A program made the position numbers and the translations under genes. The notes beneath the pieces are model-generated. The model searched no databases. It was not told the DNA's origin and saw only the letters and a list, made by a program, of their open reading frames with translations. From positions 128,001 to 192,000 of the forward strand of contig CAVPKK010000003.1 in NCBI GenBank assembly GCA_963705705.1: 64,000 bases of DNA, written 5' to 3'. Source of the stretch: an uncultured bacterium (GTDB lineage Bacteria > Babelota > Babeliae > Babelales > JABCYS01). Shown here piece by piece: positions 55,750-64,000 of this stretch (positions within the stretch are counted from its first letter, which is position 1; every line of letters begins with the position of its first letter).

Positions 55750-56231
55750 GAGGGGTTCCCGCGGCTAACATACAACAATGTTTCTAGCATTGAGCGTAGC
55801 TCGAGATCCTCAACCTTTTCAAGGGTTCTTGATTCAAGAGAAGTTAATTGGCGGCGGACTAGGAGTTTTGCTTTTGGTTGAGCTGCATTCTCGATGGTCG
55901 GAGTGCTACTTGGCGCCCGTGAATCCATGGCCATATTTTTACTGCGAGCCGCGGCCTTGCATTTTATCTGTGTAACATACGGATGTTGCAAATAATCATT
56001 GATGGTTTTGATGAGCATGGGCGAAAGCAAATATAATTCTTGCAACCAGCTAGCATGAAAAACACCAATGATCAGCATGCTGCCTTGAATTTTTTCAACG
56101 CGCATATGCTCATGCAATGTGCCAACAATTTGTGGCCATTCACTGATTACTTTTAAATGCCATGCCTGTGATTGGTCTGCGGGTGCTTTCGCCAGTAGAT
56201 CGCCAAGCAGGTTTTTGATTGAAGATGCCAT
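55731..56231 (-). CDS. DUF721/DciA-like protein
   Basis: WPQIVG...LIIGV..ASWLQEL....LIK.IN. Confidence 0.8.
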   Translation of the reverse strand: MASSIKNLLGDLLAKAPADQSQAWHLKVISEWPQIVGTLHEHMRVEKIQGSMLIIGVFHASWLQELYLLSPMLIKTINDYLQHPYVTQIKCKAAARSKNMAMDSRAPSSTPTIENAAQPKAKLLVRRQLTSLESRTLEKVEDLELRSMLETLLYVSRGNPSCVKKK

Positions 56232-56238
56232 GAAATAG

Positions 56239-56284
56239 CCCGCTCGCCCTGAGTGTTTGAGTCTCACTCAAATGTATCGAAGGG
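56239..56284 (+). repeat. family A' repeat
   Basis: cccgctcgccctgagtgtttgagtctcactcaaatgtatcgaaggg. Confidence 0.82.
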
Positions 56285-56288
56285 AATC

Positions 56289-56762
56289 TTATCTGCCATA
56301 TACTGCATCTCGCCAATCCATTGGGTCTTCAAAGCCATAGAATTTGGCAAGGTCGAGATTGGGGAATAGAAGTATCATTAGATTCATAGCAGTTATCGTG
56401 ATAGGCATTTGTAAATGTCTTGATGCACCATCAACCCGATATGTCGAACGGAAAAGAGCATTTAAAACCAATGTGAAGCGCTCGACGGTTTCTTCTGATA
56501 CAAAATCCCTATTTTGTTTGACCGGAAGCCAACTACGCCAGCCATTGTTTTCATTGATGTAGCCAGCTTCAACAAACATCGCACGAACTTCGTATTCGGT
56601 AACCTCTCCTTTTGCCAGAATTGCTGCAGCCAAGGGCCCTTGAGGGACTATGAGCTCGAGCTGATCTGTCATTTCATCTCGCTTATATCTATCATTATCT
56701 CGAGCTGCATGTGTTGCGGAGATACTGCCGATGAGTAACGCAAGAACGATTAGCTTTTGCAT
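56289..56762 (-). CDS. hypothetical secreted protein
   Basis: MQKLIVLALLIGSISATHA signal peptide; AAGGGA RBS. Confidence 0.7.
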   Translation of the reverse strand: MQKLIVLALLIGSISATHAARDNDRYKRDEMTDQLELIVPQGPLAAAILAKGEVTEYEVRAMFVEAGYINENNGWRSWLPVKQNRDFVSEETVERFTLVLNALFRSTYRVDGASRHLQMPITITAMNLMILLFPNLDLAKFYGFEDPMDWRDAVYGR

Positions 56763-56809
56763 GAAGATCCCTTTCTTTGAACAGAGCGTAAATATTTTTG
56801 ATTTGGCTG

Positions 56810-57559
56810 CTAGTCTAAACGTCTCAACTGCAAGTACAAGTTTTTCCAAAAAAGCTTCGCGCTCCCCGGCATAGGCAATACCACATAGGCATGCTGAACA
56901 ATTGCCATTACCTCATGCGCTCGTGAATTATTTTGTTTGAGCTCTGCAACCCAATAACTCATAATTGCATCCAAAACAGCAACCGAATTGTGTTCATTAA
57001 GCTCAGCCGTTTCGAGTGCTGAAAGAAATACTAATGGATTCGCCTGTTCTTTGCTCGTAAATTCGGCAATGAATTGATGATGTTCGCCAATCTCTTCGTC
57101 GGCATACCATGAACGAACTATGCATCGCGAACGAATTGTTGGTAGTACCATATCGCGGCGTTCAGCAAGCAGTAAAAAATGATATCCCGTCGGTGGCTCT
57201 TCAATTGACTTGAGTAAACGATTTGCACAAGCTGGTGGCAGGGCGTCGGCACGTTCAAGCACAAAAAAGAATTGGCTACCTGGATCATTGGCAAAACGCA
57301 ACCGTGCCAGAAGATCATCAATGTCATCTACCGAATATTGTTTTTCTGGCGTCCACCAACTTATGGCATGGAATTGTCGCTGCGAAATTTGGCGGCAGGG
57401 CGGGCACACATTGCAACTATTTTTGGTAGAACAAAATAACGTTTGCAAATACCGTTCTGCTTCCACTTGTAGCTGAGTTCGCTGACCGATCCATAAATAA
57501 GCCGGTGCTATAGTGCCAGCAGGTTGTGTTGTGTCAGATAGCTGATGAGTTGTTTCCAT
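56810..57559 (-). CDS. holB: DNA polymerase III delta' subunit (short)
   Basis: C..C..C zinc motif, ANRLLKSIEEP, LPTIRSRC; downstream of tmk. Confidence 0.88.
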   Translation of the reverse strand: METTHQLSDTTQPAGTIAPAYLWIGQRTQLQVEAERYLQTLFCSTKNSCNVCPPCRQISQRQFHAISWWTPEKQYSVDDIDDLLARLRFANDPGSQFFFVLERADALPPACANRLLKSIEEPPTGYHFLLLAERRDMVLPTIRSRCIVRSWYADEEIGEHHQFIAEFTSKEQANPLVFLSALETAELNEHNSVAVLDAIMSYWVAELKQNNSRAHEVMAIVQHAYVVLPMPGSAKLFWKNLYLQLRRLD

Positions 57560-58155
57560 GTTGTATCAAATACTTGTTCGGGTGATTGTGCGCCATCGAT
57601 AAGTATAACATCAGGTCGTCCCTGGTACATGGCCCTATACCCATCAATTATACGCTGCATAAATTCCATTTGCTCTTGCTCGAAGGAGGTTGGCTTTTCT
57701 GCACGGGCGGCGCGGCGTCGTTCGGCTGTGGCAAGATCGACATCAACATACAGCGTCGGCGTAGCTTTTATCTGTTGCATGGCCCATCTATTTACCTGTT
57801 CGATCATAGTGCGATCAAGGCCGCGGCCATACCCCTGATATGCCATTGCAGAATCTGCCATGCGATCAGAAATAATTAATTTTTTTTCTTCCAACGCTGG
57901 CTTAATGAGGGTGGCCATATGTTGTGCGCGGTCCGCGGCGAATAGTAAAAACTCGGCAACCGGCGTCAGCGGAATTGTTTGTTCTTGTAGGATTGCGCGC
58001 AACTGTTTTCCCAATTCTGTGCCACCAGGTTCTTTGGTCAAAATCGCCGTAACTGAACTCTGCAAGAAACGTTCCTGCAATTTTTTTGCTAAGGTAGATT
58101 TGCCTGAACCATCAATACCTTCGATAGCAATCAGGATGCCTGTTTTTAAGATCAT
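57508..58155 (-). CDS. tmk: thymidylate kinase
   Basis: IEGIDGSGKST, KEPGGT, LFAADRAQH, SDR, AYQG. Confidence 0.96.
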   Translation of the reverse strand: MILKTGILIAIEGIDGSGKSTLAKKLQERFLQSSVTAILTKEPGGTELGKQLRAILQEQTIPLTPVAEFLLFAADRAQHMATLIKPALEEKKLIISDRMADSAMAYQGYGRGLDRTMIEQVNRWAMQQIKATPTLYVDVDLATAERRRAARAEKPTSFEQEQMEFMQRIIDGYRAMYQGRPDVILIDGAQSPEQVFDTTWKQLISYLTQHNLLAL

Positions 58156-58295
58156 AGGGTGATATTGTTGTGTGGCTGACGCCACTCTATATGTTACTGC
58201 GCTCGCACGGAAAATACATTTTCCTGACTCACTTCGCCAATATTATGGGAGCTTGGTAGACTAGAAGTCTATCATAAATTTCATTGGAGATATGA

Positions 58296-59810
58296 ATGAC
58301 CGATCAGCAAAAGTTAGATGCTTTGCGCGAACAATTTAGTCGCGATGGGCAACTTATATCGCCTCGCGAACTATTGCAGCGTGCGGCAACTAAATGGCCA
58401 AACACGATAGCCTTAGTCACAGATGATATACAAGTTACCTATGCAGAATTATACAAACGTTCCGCACTATTAACTAAATATCTCGCAGCTCAAGGAATTA
58501 AACCAGGCGATCGTGTTGGTGTTCTTTTTTCAAATTCTATTAATTTTTTTATCGCATACTACGGTGCGTGGCAAACCGGAGCGGTGATTATTCCTCTTAA
58601 TATTTTCTTGACGCCTGTTGAGTTAGCGCAAATTGTTGAGCATGCCAAGCCCTCATTGATTATCGGCGAAAAAGAGCGCATGGATGGTTTGAAGGTGCGC
58701 CTCATGAACGAAGAAGAGCTAGAAAAGATTGTTTCAGCCGATGACCATGAACCAGACATTACGATTCCTCTTTGCAAACCAGATGATTTAGCAACGCTAC
58801 CTTACACTTCCGGCACCACCGGTTTCCCAAAAGGGGTGATGCTCAGTTCCAAAAACATCATGACGAATGTTTTGCAGTCCATTACGCGCATTCCGCTTAA
58901 TAAAGAAGAGCGCATTTTTGCTATTTTGCCTTTGTTTCATAGCTTTGCGCAAGTATCGTGTGTATGGGGACCATTCGCCGTCGGAGCAACAATTATTGTC
59001 GTACCCAAAATTGAACGGCGTACTATTGCGCAAGGCTTAACCCATAAACCAACTATATTTGTGGGTGTGCCGGCATTATATGGTGTACTTGCACTGATGA
59101 AGACGGCAGATATTGATAGTGTGCGCTTTTTTGTTTCCGGCGGTGACGCATTGCCCGACCAAATTCGTGCTGCTTTTGAATTAGTCTATCGTAGAAAACT
59201 ATGCAATGGCTATGGTTTAACCGAAGCCTCACCCGTTGTTGCCGCAGAATTGAATGATGAGCTTTTGCCAACAAATTGCGTTGGGAAACTATTGCCAGAA
59301 ATAGAATGCTCGTTGCGTGATGAGAATGACAATGAAATGCCACCAGGTGAAATCGGTATTCTCTGGATACGTGGCCCGAATATAATGCTTGGTTATTACG
59401 AAGCTCCCGAGCAAACTGATTCTGTGCTCAAAGATGGCTGGTTAAATACGGGCGATTTTGCTCGCATGGACGCAGAAGGCCGTCTATACATTTCAGGGCG
59501 TTATAAAGATCTTATCATTAATAAAGGCGTCAATATTTATCCGCAAGAAATTGAGAATGTATTGCTCGCTCATTCTGCCGTGATGTTGGCCGCGGTGGTC
59601 GGAAAACCAGATCCAATGGTTGGCGAACTGCCCGTGGCGTTTGTACAATTACGCGCACCCCTTGAGAATGCAGAGGAAACATTGCGTGAATGGTGCTCCC
59701 GTAGCCTGGCCGCGTACAAAATTCCTCGCGAAATTTATGTGGTCGAAAAACTACCAATGACCGCGATGGGTAAAGTTGATAAGAAAAAACTGGTCAGCGA
59801 ACTGAAGTAA
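58296..59810 (+). CDS. long-chain fatty acid--CoA ligase (AMP-binding)
   Basis: YTSGTTGFPKG, GYGLTE, TGD, GR.KDLI, GKVDK. Confidence 0.92.
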   Translation: MTDQQKLDALREQFSRDGQLISPRELLQRAATKWPNTIALVTDDIQVTYAELYKRSALLTKYLAAQGIKPGDRVGVLFSNSINFFIAYYGAWQTGAVIIPLNIFLTPVELAQIVEHAKPSLIIGEKERMDGLKVRLMNEEELEKIVSADDHEPDITIPLCKPDDLATLPYTSGTTGFPKGVMLSSKNIMTNVLQSITRIPLNKEERIFAILPLFHSFAQVSCVWGPFAVGATIIVVPKIERRTIAQGLTHKPTIFVGVPALYGVLALMKTADIDSVRFFVSGGDALPDQIRAAFELVYRRKLCNGYGLTEASPVVAAELNDELLPTNCVGKLLPEIECSLRDENDNEMPPGEIGILWIRGPNIMLGYYEAPEQTDSVLKDGWLNTGDFARMDAEGRLYISGRYKDLIINKGVNIYPQEIENVLLAHSAVMLAAVVGKPDPMVGELPVAFVQLRAPLENAEETLREWCSRSLAAYKIPREIYVVEKLPMTAMGKVDKKKLVSELK

Positions 59811-59817
59811 TAAAATC

Positions 59818-60933
59818 ATGACTCAGGTCCGTACAAAATTATTGCATATCATTTCTAGCCTACAGGTCGGCGGGGCAGAAGCCATGCTCGTTGACTTAGT
59901 AGCTGGTCTCAAAGATCAATTTGATCAAGAAGTTATCTACTTCCATCATGGCCCGCATGCCCAACGACTGACAGAACTTGGTATACCGATCCATCAAGTT
60001 AAGGGCCTGATTAAATTGTACGATCCTCTCTTCCTTTATCGCTTAAATAACCTGGTTAAGACTATGAGGCCAGACGTTATTCATACTTCCCTGTGGTCGG
60101 CCGGATGGCTTGGCCGCTGGGTGGGGAAAAAATTTAATATCCCAGTTATCTGTGCCGTCCATTCTCTGGTTGGCTTAGATGGCAGGCTGAGAGATTGGCT
60201 TGATAAACAAAATATAGATGCTGCCGCCAAAATGGTTGCCGTTTCTGAGAGTGTGGCAGAGTCGATTTACAAGCAACGGTATACGCCTGGGCAGAAAATT
60301 GTGATTATTAGAAATGGTATCGATGCCCAAGAAATACGTGCACGAGCTGAACAGAAGCGACAAACTCGGACAACTTTAGACATTCCTGAAGATGCTTTTG
60401 TGGTTGGATCGGTCGGTCGGTATATCGCAAGTAAAAGATACGATTTGTTAATCGAGACGGTGGCTCAAAGCGTAGTAGCGCGCGATGGCAAAGCATCAAT
60501 TCATTTAGTATTGGTCGGCCATGGCATTGAAGAGCAAAATTTGCGTCAGCGCGTAAAAGAGCTCTGCCTGGAAAACAACGTCCATTTTATTCATGACTTT
60601 CCGGCCTACGGCTACTATCAATTATTCGACTGCTTCGCGTTGCCCTCAGTTAGAGAGGGGTTATCAATGGCCTTGCTCGAAGCAATGAGCTGCGGTTTGC
60701 CTTCAATTGTAACGGGGCAAGCAAATCAACATGAAGTCATTCGACACGGGGTAAATGGCATCGTTATTTCACCTAATAATGGGCAAGAATTATTTCAAGC
60801 AATACAAAAGCTTTCAGATTCACCAGATGTGCGTGCTGCCATGGGTGCCGACGCAGCTAATTATGTACGAAAAGAGCTCAATCAAGCCAAGATGGTACGC
60901 GATTATGCCCACTTGTTTAAAGCCTCTTTATAA
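59818..60933 (+). CDS. GT4-family glycosyltransferase
   Basis: GGAE, IRNGID, VGR, PSVREGLSMALLEAM. Confidence 0.92.
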   Translation: MTQVRTKLLHIISSLQVGGAEAMLVDLVAGLKDQFDQEVIYFHHGPHAQRLTELGIPIHQVKGLIKLYDPLFLYRLNNLVKTMRPDVIHTSLWSAGWLGRWVGKKFNIPVICAVHSLVGLDGRLRDWLDKQNIDAAAKMVAVSESVAESIYKQRYTPGQKIVIIRNGIDAQEIRARAEQKRQTRTTLDIPEDAFVVGSVGRYIASKRYDLLIETVAQSVVARDGKASIHLVLVGHGIEEQNLRQRVKELCLENNVHFIHDFPAYGYYQLFDCFALPSVREGLSMALLEAMSCGLPSIVTGQANQHEVIRHGVNGIVISPNNGQELFQAIQKLSDSPDVRAAMGADAANYVRKELNQAKMVRDYAHLFKASL

Positions 60934-61009
60934 AAGTTGCTTTTTAAAAAAGAAGGTCTAATATACCCGCCATGATATTTTCTTCATTTTAGTTCTTGAT
61001 AACCTCCAT

Positions 61010-61052
61010 TTCCCCTGTTCGAACTTCGGTTCGGGTGGGGGTTTTTCTTTTT
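61010..61052 (+). terminator. UUCG-capped hairpin with U-tract (terminator-like)
   Basis: cccctgttcgaac-ttcg-gttcgggtggggg followed by tttttcttttt. Confidence 0.65.
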
Positions 61053-61057
61053 CGGTT

Positions 61058-62110
61058 ATGAGCATGCTTCAAGTCAGACAACCACACATAAAAAATAATC
61101 GCTTTCAAAATGCGCCGGATGAAAAACCGCATAATGGCGTTTTAACGCGAACTGCGCTTATGTGGGCACAATCGGTTATCAAAAGAGCCGTCCATCGATT
61201 TTCAAATAAACATGATGAGCTTCATGATCCGTTGGCTATATATACACCTGAAATGCCGACGCTTCGATCCGAAGAGCCAAAAGTTACCTGGATTGGTCAT
61301 GCAACCTTCCTCATCCAAATTGGCGGGATGAATATTTTAACTGACCCGGTATTTGGTAGCCCAACACCATTTTTTGGACGCAATGCGCCACCGGGTATTG
61401 TGCCAACTGATTTGCCACCGATCGATGTGATCCTGATTTCGCATAATCACATGGATCATATGCATGGCCCATCCCTACAGCAACTGTTCCCCGAACTCAA
61501 AAAAAATAATGGCCAGGTGCTAGTGCCCTTCGGCGATGACCACTGGTTTAAAAAAAGATCGTTCGACCAAGTGACAGGTTTCCATTGGGGCGAACGCAAG
61601 ACGCTACAAAATTTGACCTTCACTTTCCTCCCAGCACGCCATTGGTCCCGCCGCGGCATGTTTGATCGCAATAAAAGCCTTTGGGGCAGCTGGATGATTG
61701 AATATAAAGAAAAGAGCGCTCATCCAGAGTTTATCGAAGGATCAGAGCGCGAATGCAAAAAAAATACAATCTACTTCGCCGGCGACTCAGCCTATGCCGA
61801 CCATTTCTCAGAAATTCGCCAGCACTTCCCAAATATTGACGTAGCACTTATGCCAATAGCGCCATGCGAACCGGATCACATCATGCGAGAAATGCATATG
61901 AATGCCGAGGAATCTGTTCAAGCCTATCTGGATCTCAATGCCCAAAGTTTTATCCCGATGCACTGGCACACCTTCAACTTTGGTCATGATACCATTATGA
62001 CGCCGTTGCACCGACTGCAAAAAAAATGGGAACTGCAACAACTGCCACAAAAGCAATTGATAATTCCCAATATCGGTTTAGGCGTAGAATTAACCGGCCC
62101 AAGCAAATAG
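61058..62110 (+). CDS. metallo-beta-lactamase-fold hydrolase (RomA/NAPE-PLD-like)
   Basis: TWIGHAT, ILTDPVF, SHNHMDH, PARHWS.R, YFAGDS, PMHW.TF. Confidence 0.92.
   Translation: MSMLQVRQPHIKNNRFQNAPDEKPHNGVLTRTALMWAQSVIKRAVHRFSNKHDELHDPLAIYTPEMPTLRSEEPKVTWIGHATFLIQIGGMNILTDPVFGSPTPFFGRNAPPGIVPTDLPPIDVILISHNHMDHMHGPSLQQLFPELKKNNGQVLVPFGDDHWFKKRSFDQVTGFHWGERKTLQNLTFTFLPARHWSRRGMFDRNKSLWGSWMIEYKEKSAHPEFIEGSERECKKNTIYFAGDSAYADHFSEIRQHFPNIDVALMPIAPCEPDHIMREMHMNAEESVQAYLDLNAQSFIPMHWHTFNFGHDTIMTPLHRLQKKWELQQLPQKQLIIPNIGLGVELTGPSK
61716..61750 (+). repeat. minimal family A repeat, in frame in the MBL gene
   Basis: gcgctcatccagagtttatcgaaggatcagagcgc encodes SAHPEFIEGSER. Confidence 0.88.
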
Positions 62111-62311
62111 TGTTTTTTTGTCTCAAGTGAAATATTAGATGAAGCAATGCGATTATGGCTACTTTGGTAGTCGCTCAACTTCGCATTATGTTTTGAGTCC
62201 AGAATCGGTAAAAACCCTTTTCATTCCAGCATAAACTCTTCCTTTTAGCTTAGCTATTTTGCTACCTTGGCATATGAGGATCTATCCCAAGCTAAAAAAG
62301 GATGGCACAAC

Positions 62312-64000
62312 ATGATCAGCAAAAATTTATTGTTCTTATTCTTATTACTCTCAACTTTTGGCTCTACCCAAGCCATTTCCTTTATGGATTATTACAAAGG
62401 CAACGCTGCATTGGGCATCCCTTCGCACGAAAAACAGGTTAATGATGCGGTTGAGAGTAGGCGCTTATTTATTCCGGGTGTAAATCTTACTGACTTAGAC
62501 GGCATTGATACTGTGCCAAATATAGACCAACTTTTACTTCTTGATTTGCATGATAACCAACTTGAAGCACTCCCAGCTGGGATTAACAAGCTTAAAAGGC
62601 TTCAGGATCTCCGACTTCACCACAATCAATTTTCAGTATTTCCCAAGGTCATTTGTGAATTGCCTGACCTTGAAATTCTTGATTATGAATATAACCAACT
62701 TACCAGCATCCCCGAGTGTATAGGTGGTTTAATAAAACTGAGAAACCTTTTTCTTGGCCATAATAATCTTACCTTACTTCCTGTAAGTATTTGCAAGTTG
62801 AGTGAATTAACTGATCTTTTGTTCCGTGAGAATGAAATCGATGAGCTGCCTGATTGTTTTGGCCAATTGGTAAAGCTCAATCGGTTAGTAGCAGCTGAGA
62901 ATCAATTAACAAAGGTGCCTTTTCTTGGTGGAACTGCACTTAGAAGCGTAAAATTGGCTGAAAATCCATTGCCATTTAGCAATGAGCAACTGTATGAGGA
63001 ACTTGGCCTGAAACCGGAAGTTGAGCTGACATTTAAATCGCAAAATCGTGAGCAAGAAGAACATCGATTGTTTGGCGCTATCATGGCAGGCGACGTTGAG
63101 GCAGTGGGCCAACTTTATACCAAAATCAAAGGTTTCTTAAATAAAAGCTACCCATTTGAAAGTTTTGTGCCCATATTAAATCCAATAGATATTGCCAAAA
63201 TCCGTGATCCATATGGTAACAATTTACTGCATGCGACCATCCAACGCGCGAGCGAACACCTCAGGCAAATTAGTAAGCAAATGAACGCGCTTGTGCAAGA
63301 CGAATCACTAACTGAGAAATCAAAAGCTGATCGATTGGAAAAGCTGGAGCACCAAAAGAGTGAGATTAATGATCGTTATATGAAAATTTTCAGCATCCTG
63401 TTGAACTGCAGACAGAAATGTGTTGAAGATATGCTGAATACCACCAATGCGCAGGGCGAAACAGTTATCATGGCTATGCTTGGCAAGCTTGGTCCTGATA
63501 ATCCACTATTCCTAGCAATTGAAAAAGTGCTCTTGGATGAAGAAAAACAAATTAAAGAAGAAAAAAAAATAAAAGCTATACAAGCACAGGAAGAGGCTGA
63601 AAAAGAGAGAACCTTTGAAGAGGAAAAGAAGATAAAGGCCAAGCAAGCCGAAGAAGCACGCCGTAAGGAACAAGAAGTCCAAACGAGAAGATTTGCCTCG
63701 GAACATATTCAAGAAGAGGAATTAAAGCAAATAATTGAAGAGCACAAGCGAAAACAAAAGGAAAAAGAAGAAAATGCTTCTTGCGAGACAGTTGCAGAAC
63801 TGCTCGAACAAGAAACCGCACAACACAAGCAGCAGCTCGTTGACCGCCTAACCGAATTGCGCGAAGTAACGGATAAAAATAAGCTGCCTCAGATTTCAAA
63901 ACAGATCCAACAAGCGATTAATTTTGTTGATGAGCAACCGTATACTGCAGATGTCCTAAAACTGACGATGGAGATGCTTAAACAAGTTAATAAAGCAACA
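62312..64000 (+). CDS. secreted LRR/ankyrin-like/coiled-coil protein (partial, runs off window end; paralog of 7476-9029)
   Basis: Not in the ORF track because it has no stop in the window. MISKNLLFLFLLLSTFGSTQAISFMDYY, LRRs, LFGAIMAGD, GNNLLHATIQ, long E/K-rich coil. Confidence 0.88.
   Translation, partial: MISKNLLFLFLLLSTFGSTQAISFMDYYKGNAALGIPSHEKQVNDAVESRRLFIPGVNLTDLDGIDTVPNIDQLLLLDLHDNQLEALPAGINKLKRLQDLRLHHNQFSVFPKVICELPDLEILDYEYNQLTSIPECIGGLIKLRNLFLGHNNLTLLPVSICKLSELTDLLFRENEIDELPDCFGQLVKLNRLVAAENQLTKVPFLGGTALRSVKLAENPLPFSNEQLYEELGLKPEVELTFKSQNREQEEHRLFGAIMAGDVEAVGQLYTKIKGFLNKSYPFESFVPILNPIDIAKIRDPYGNNLLHATIQRASEHLRQISKQMNALVQDESLTEKSKADRLEKLEHQKSEINDRYMKIFSILLNCRQKCVEDMLNTTNAQGETVIMAMLGKLGPDNPLFLAIEKVLLDEEKQIKEEKKIKAIQAQEEAEKERTFEEEKKIKAKQAEEARRKEQEVQTRRFASEHIQEEELKQIIEEHKRKQKEKEENASCETVAELLEQETAQHKQQLVDRLTELREVTDKNKLPQISKQIQQAINFVDEQPYTADVLKLTMEMLKQVNKAT

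Noticed and set aside
56232..56267. DUF721 N-terminal extension MRLKHSGRAG
   Set aside because: Lies within the A' repeat; ATG 56231 is the likelier start.
3199..61750. CRISPR array interpretation of the palindromic repeats
   Set aside because: Copies are dispersed and nested, not tandem with unique spacers, and no cas genes are present.
1..64000. Prophage, integrase, IS or defence island, including at the tRNA pair
   Set aside because: No recognisable integrase, transposase, phage or defence genes, and no duplicated tRNA 3' end.

Overview
About 64 kb of bacterial chromosome, roughly 42% GC by eye and gene-dense. It is most consistent with a host-dependent Candidatus Dependentiae/Babelota (TM6)-like organism; this is an inference from gene content (Chlamydia-type tgt+yhhQ, archaeal-type valS, many Sec-signal LRR/eukaryote-like proteins). 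The backbone is housekeeping: tgt, murB, trhO, ybeY, valS, mgtE, mutL, prmC, pheT, lspA, pgpA, sbcD, glmU, mreB, rsmA, uppS, gpsA, PBP1A, murG, holB, tmk, plus tRNA-Glu, tRNA-Lys and RNase P RNA. Three things stand out. (1) A dispersed set of short palindromic repeat modules (families A, A', B, C, D here) nest inside one another at fixed positions, show compensatory base changes, are sometimes bracketed by 13-20 bp direct repeats, and sit in frame inside trhO, mutL, a prepilin leader, a metallo-beta-lactamase-fold gene and probably valS, murG and murB. (2) There are secreted effector-like proteins: two PP2C-fold pseudophosphatases sharing Asp->Lys swaps, two LRR/ankyrin-like paralogs (one with an HPD-less J-domain, bracketed by an exact 58-bp duplicated promoter), and a small Cys-His-Asp papain/Josephin-like protease. 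(3) A probable +1 frameshift truncates a membrane protein upstream of a PLD-family gene. No CRISPR array, transposase, integrase or prophage was seen. All calls come from visual motif recognition; no database searches were run.
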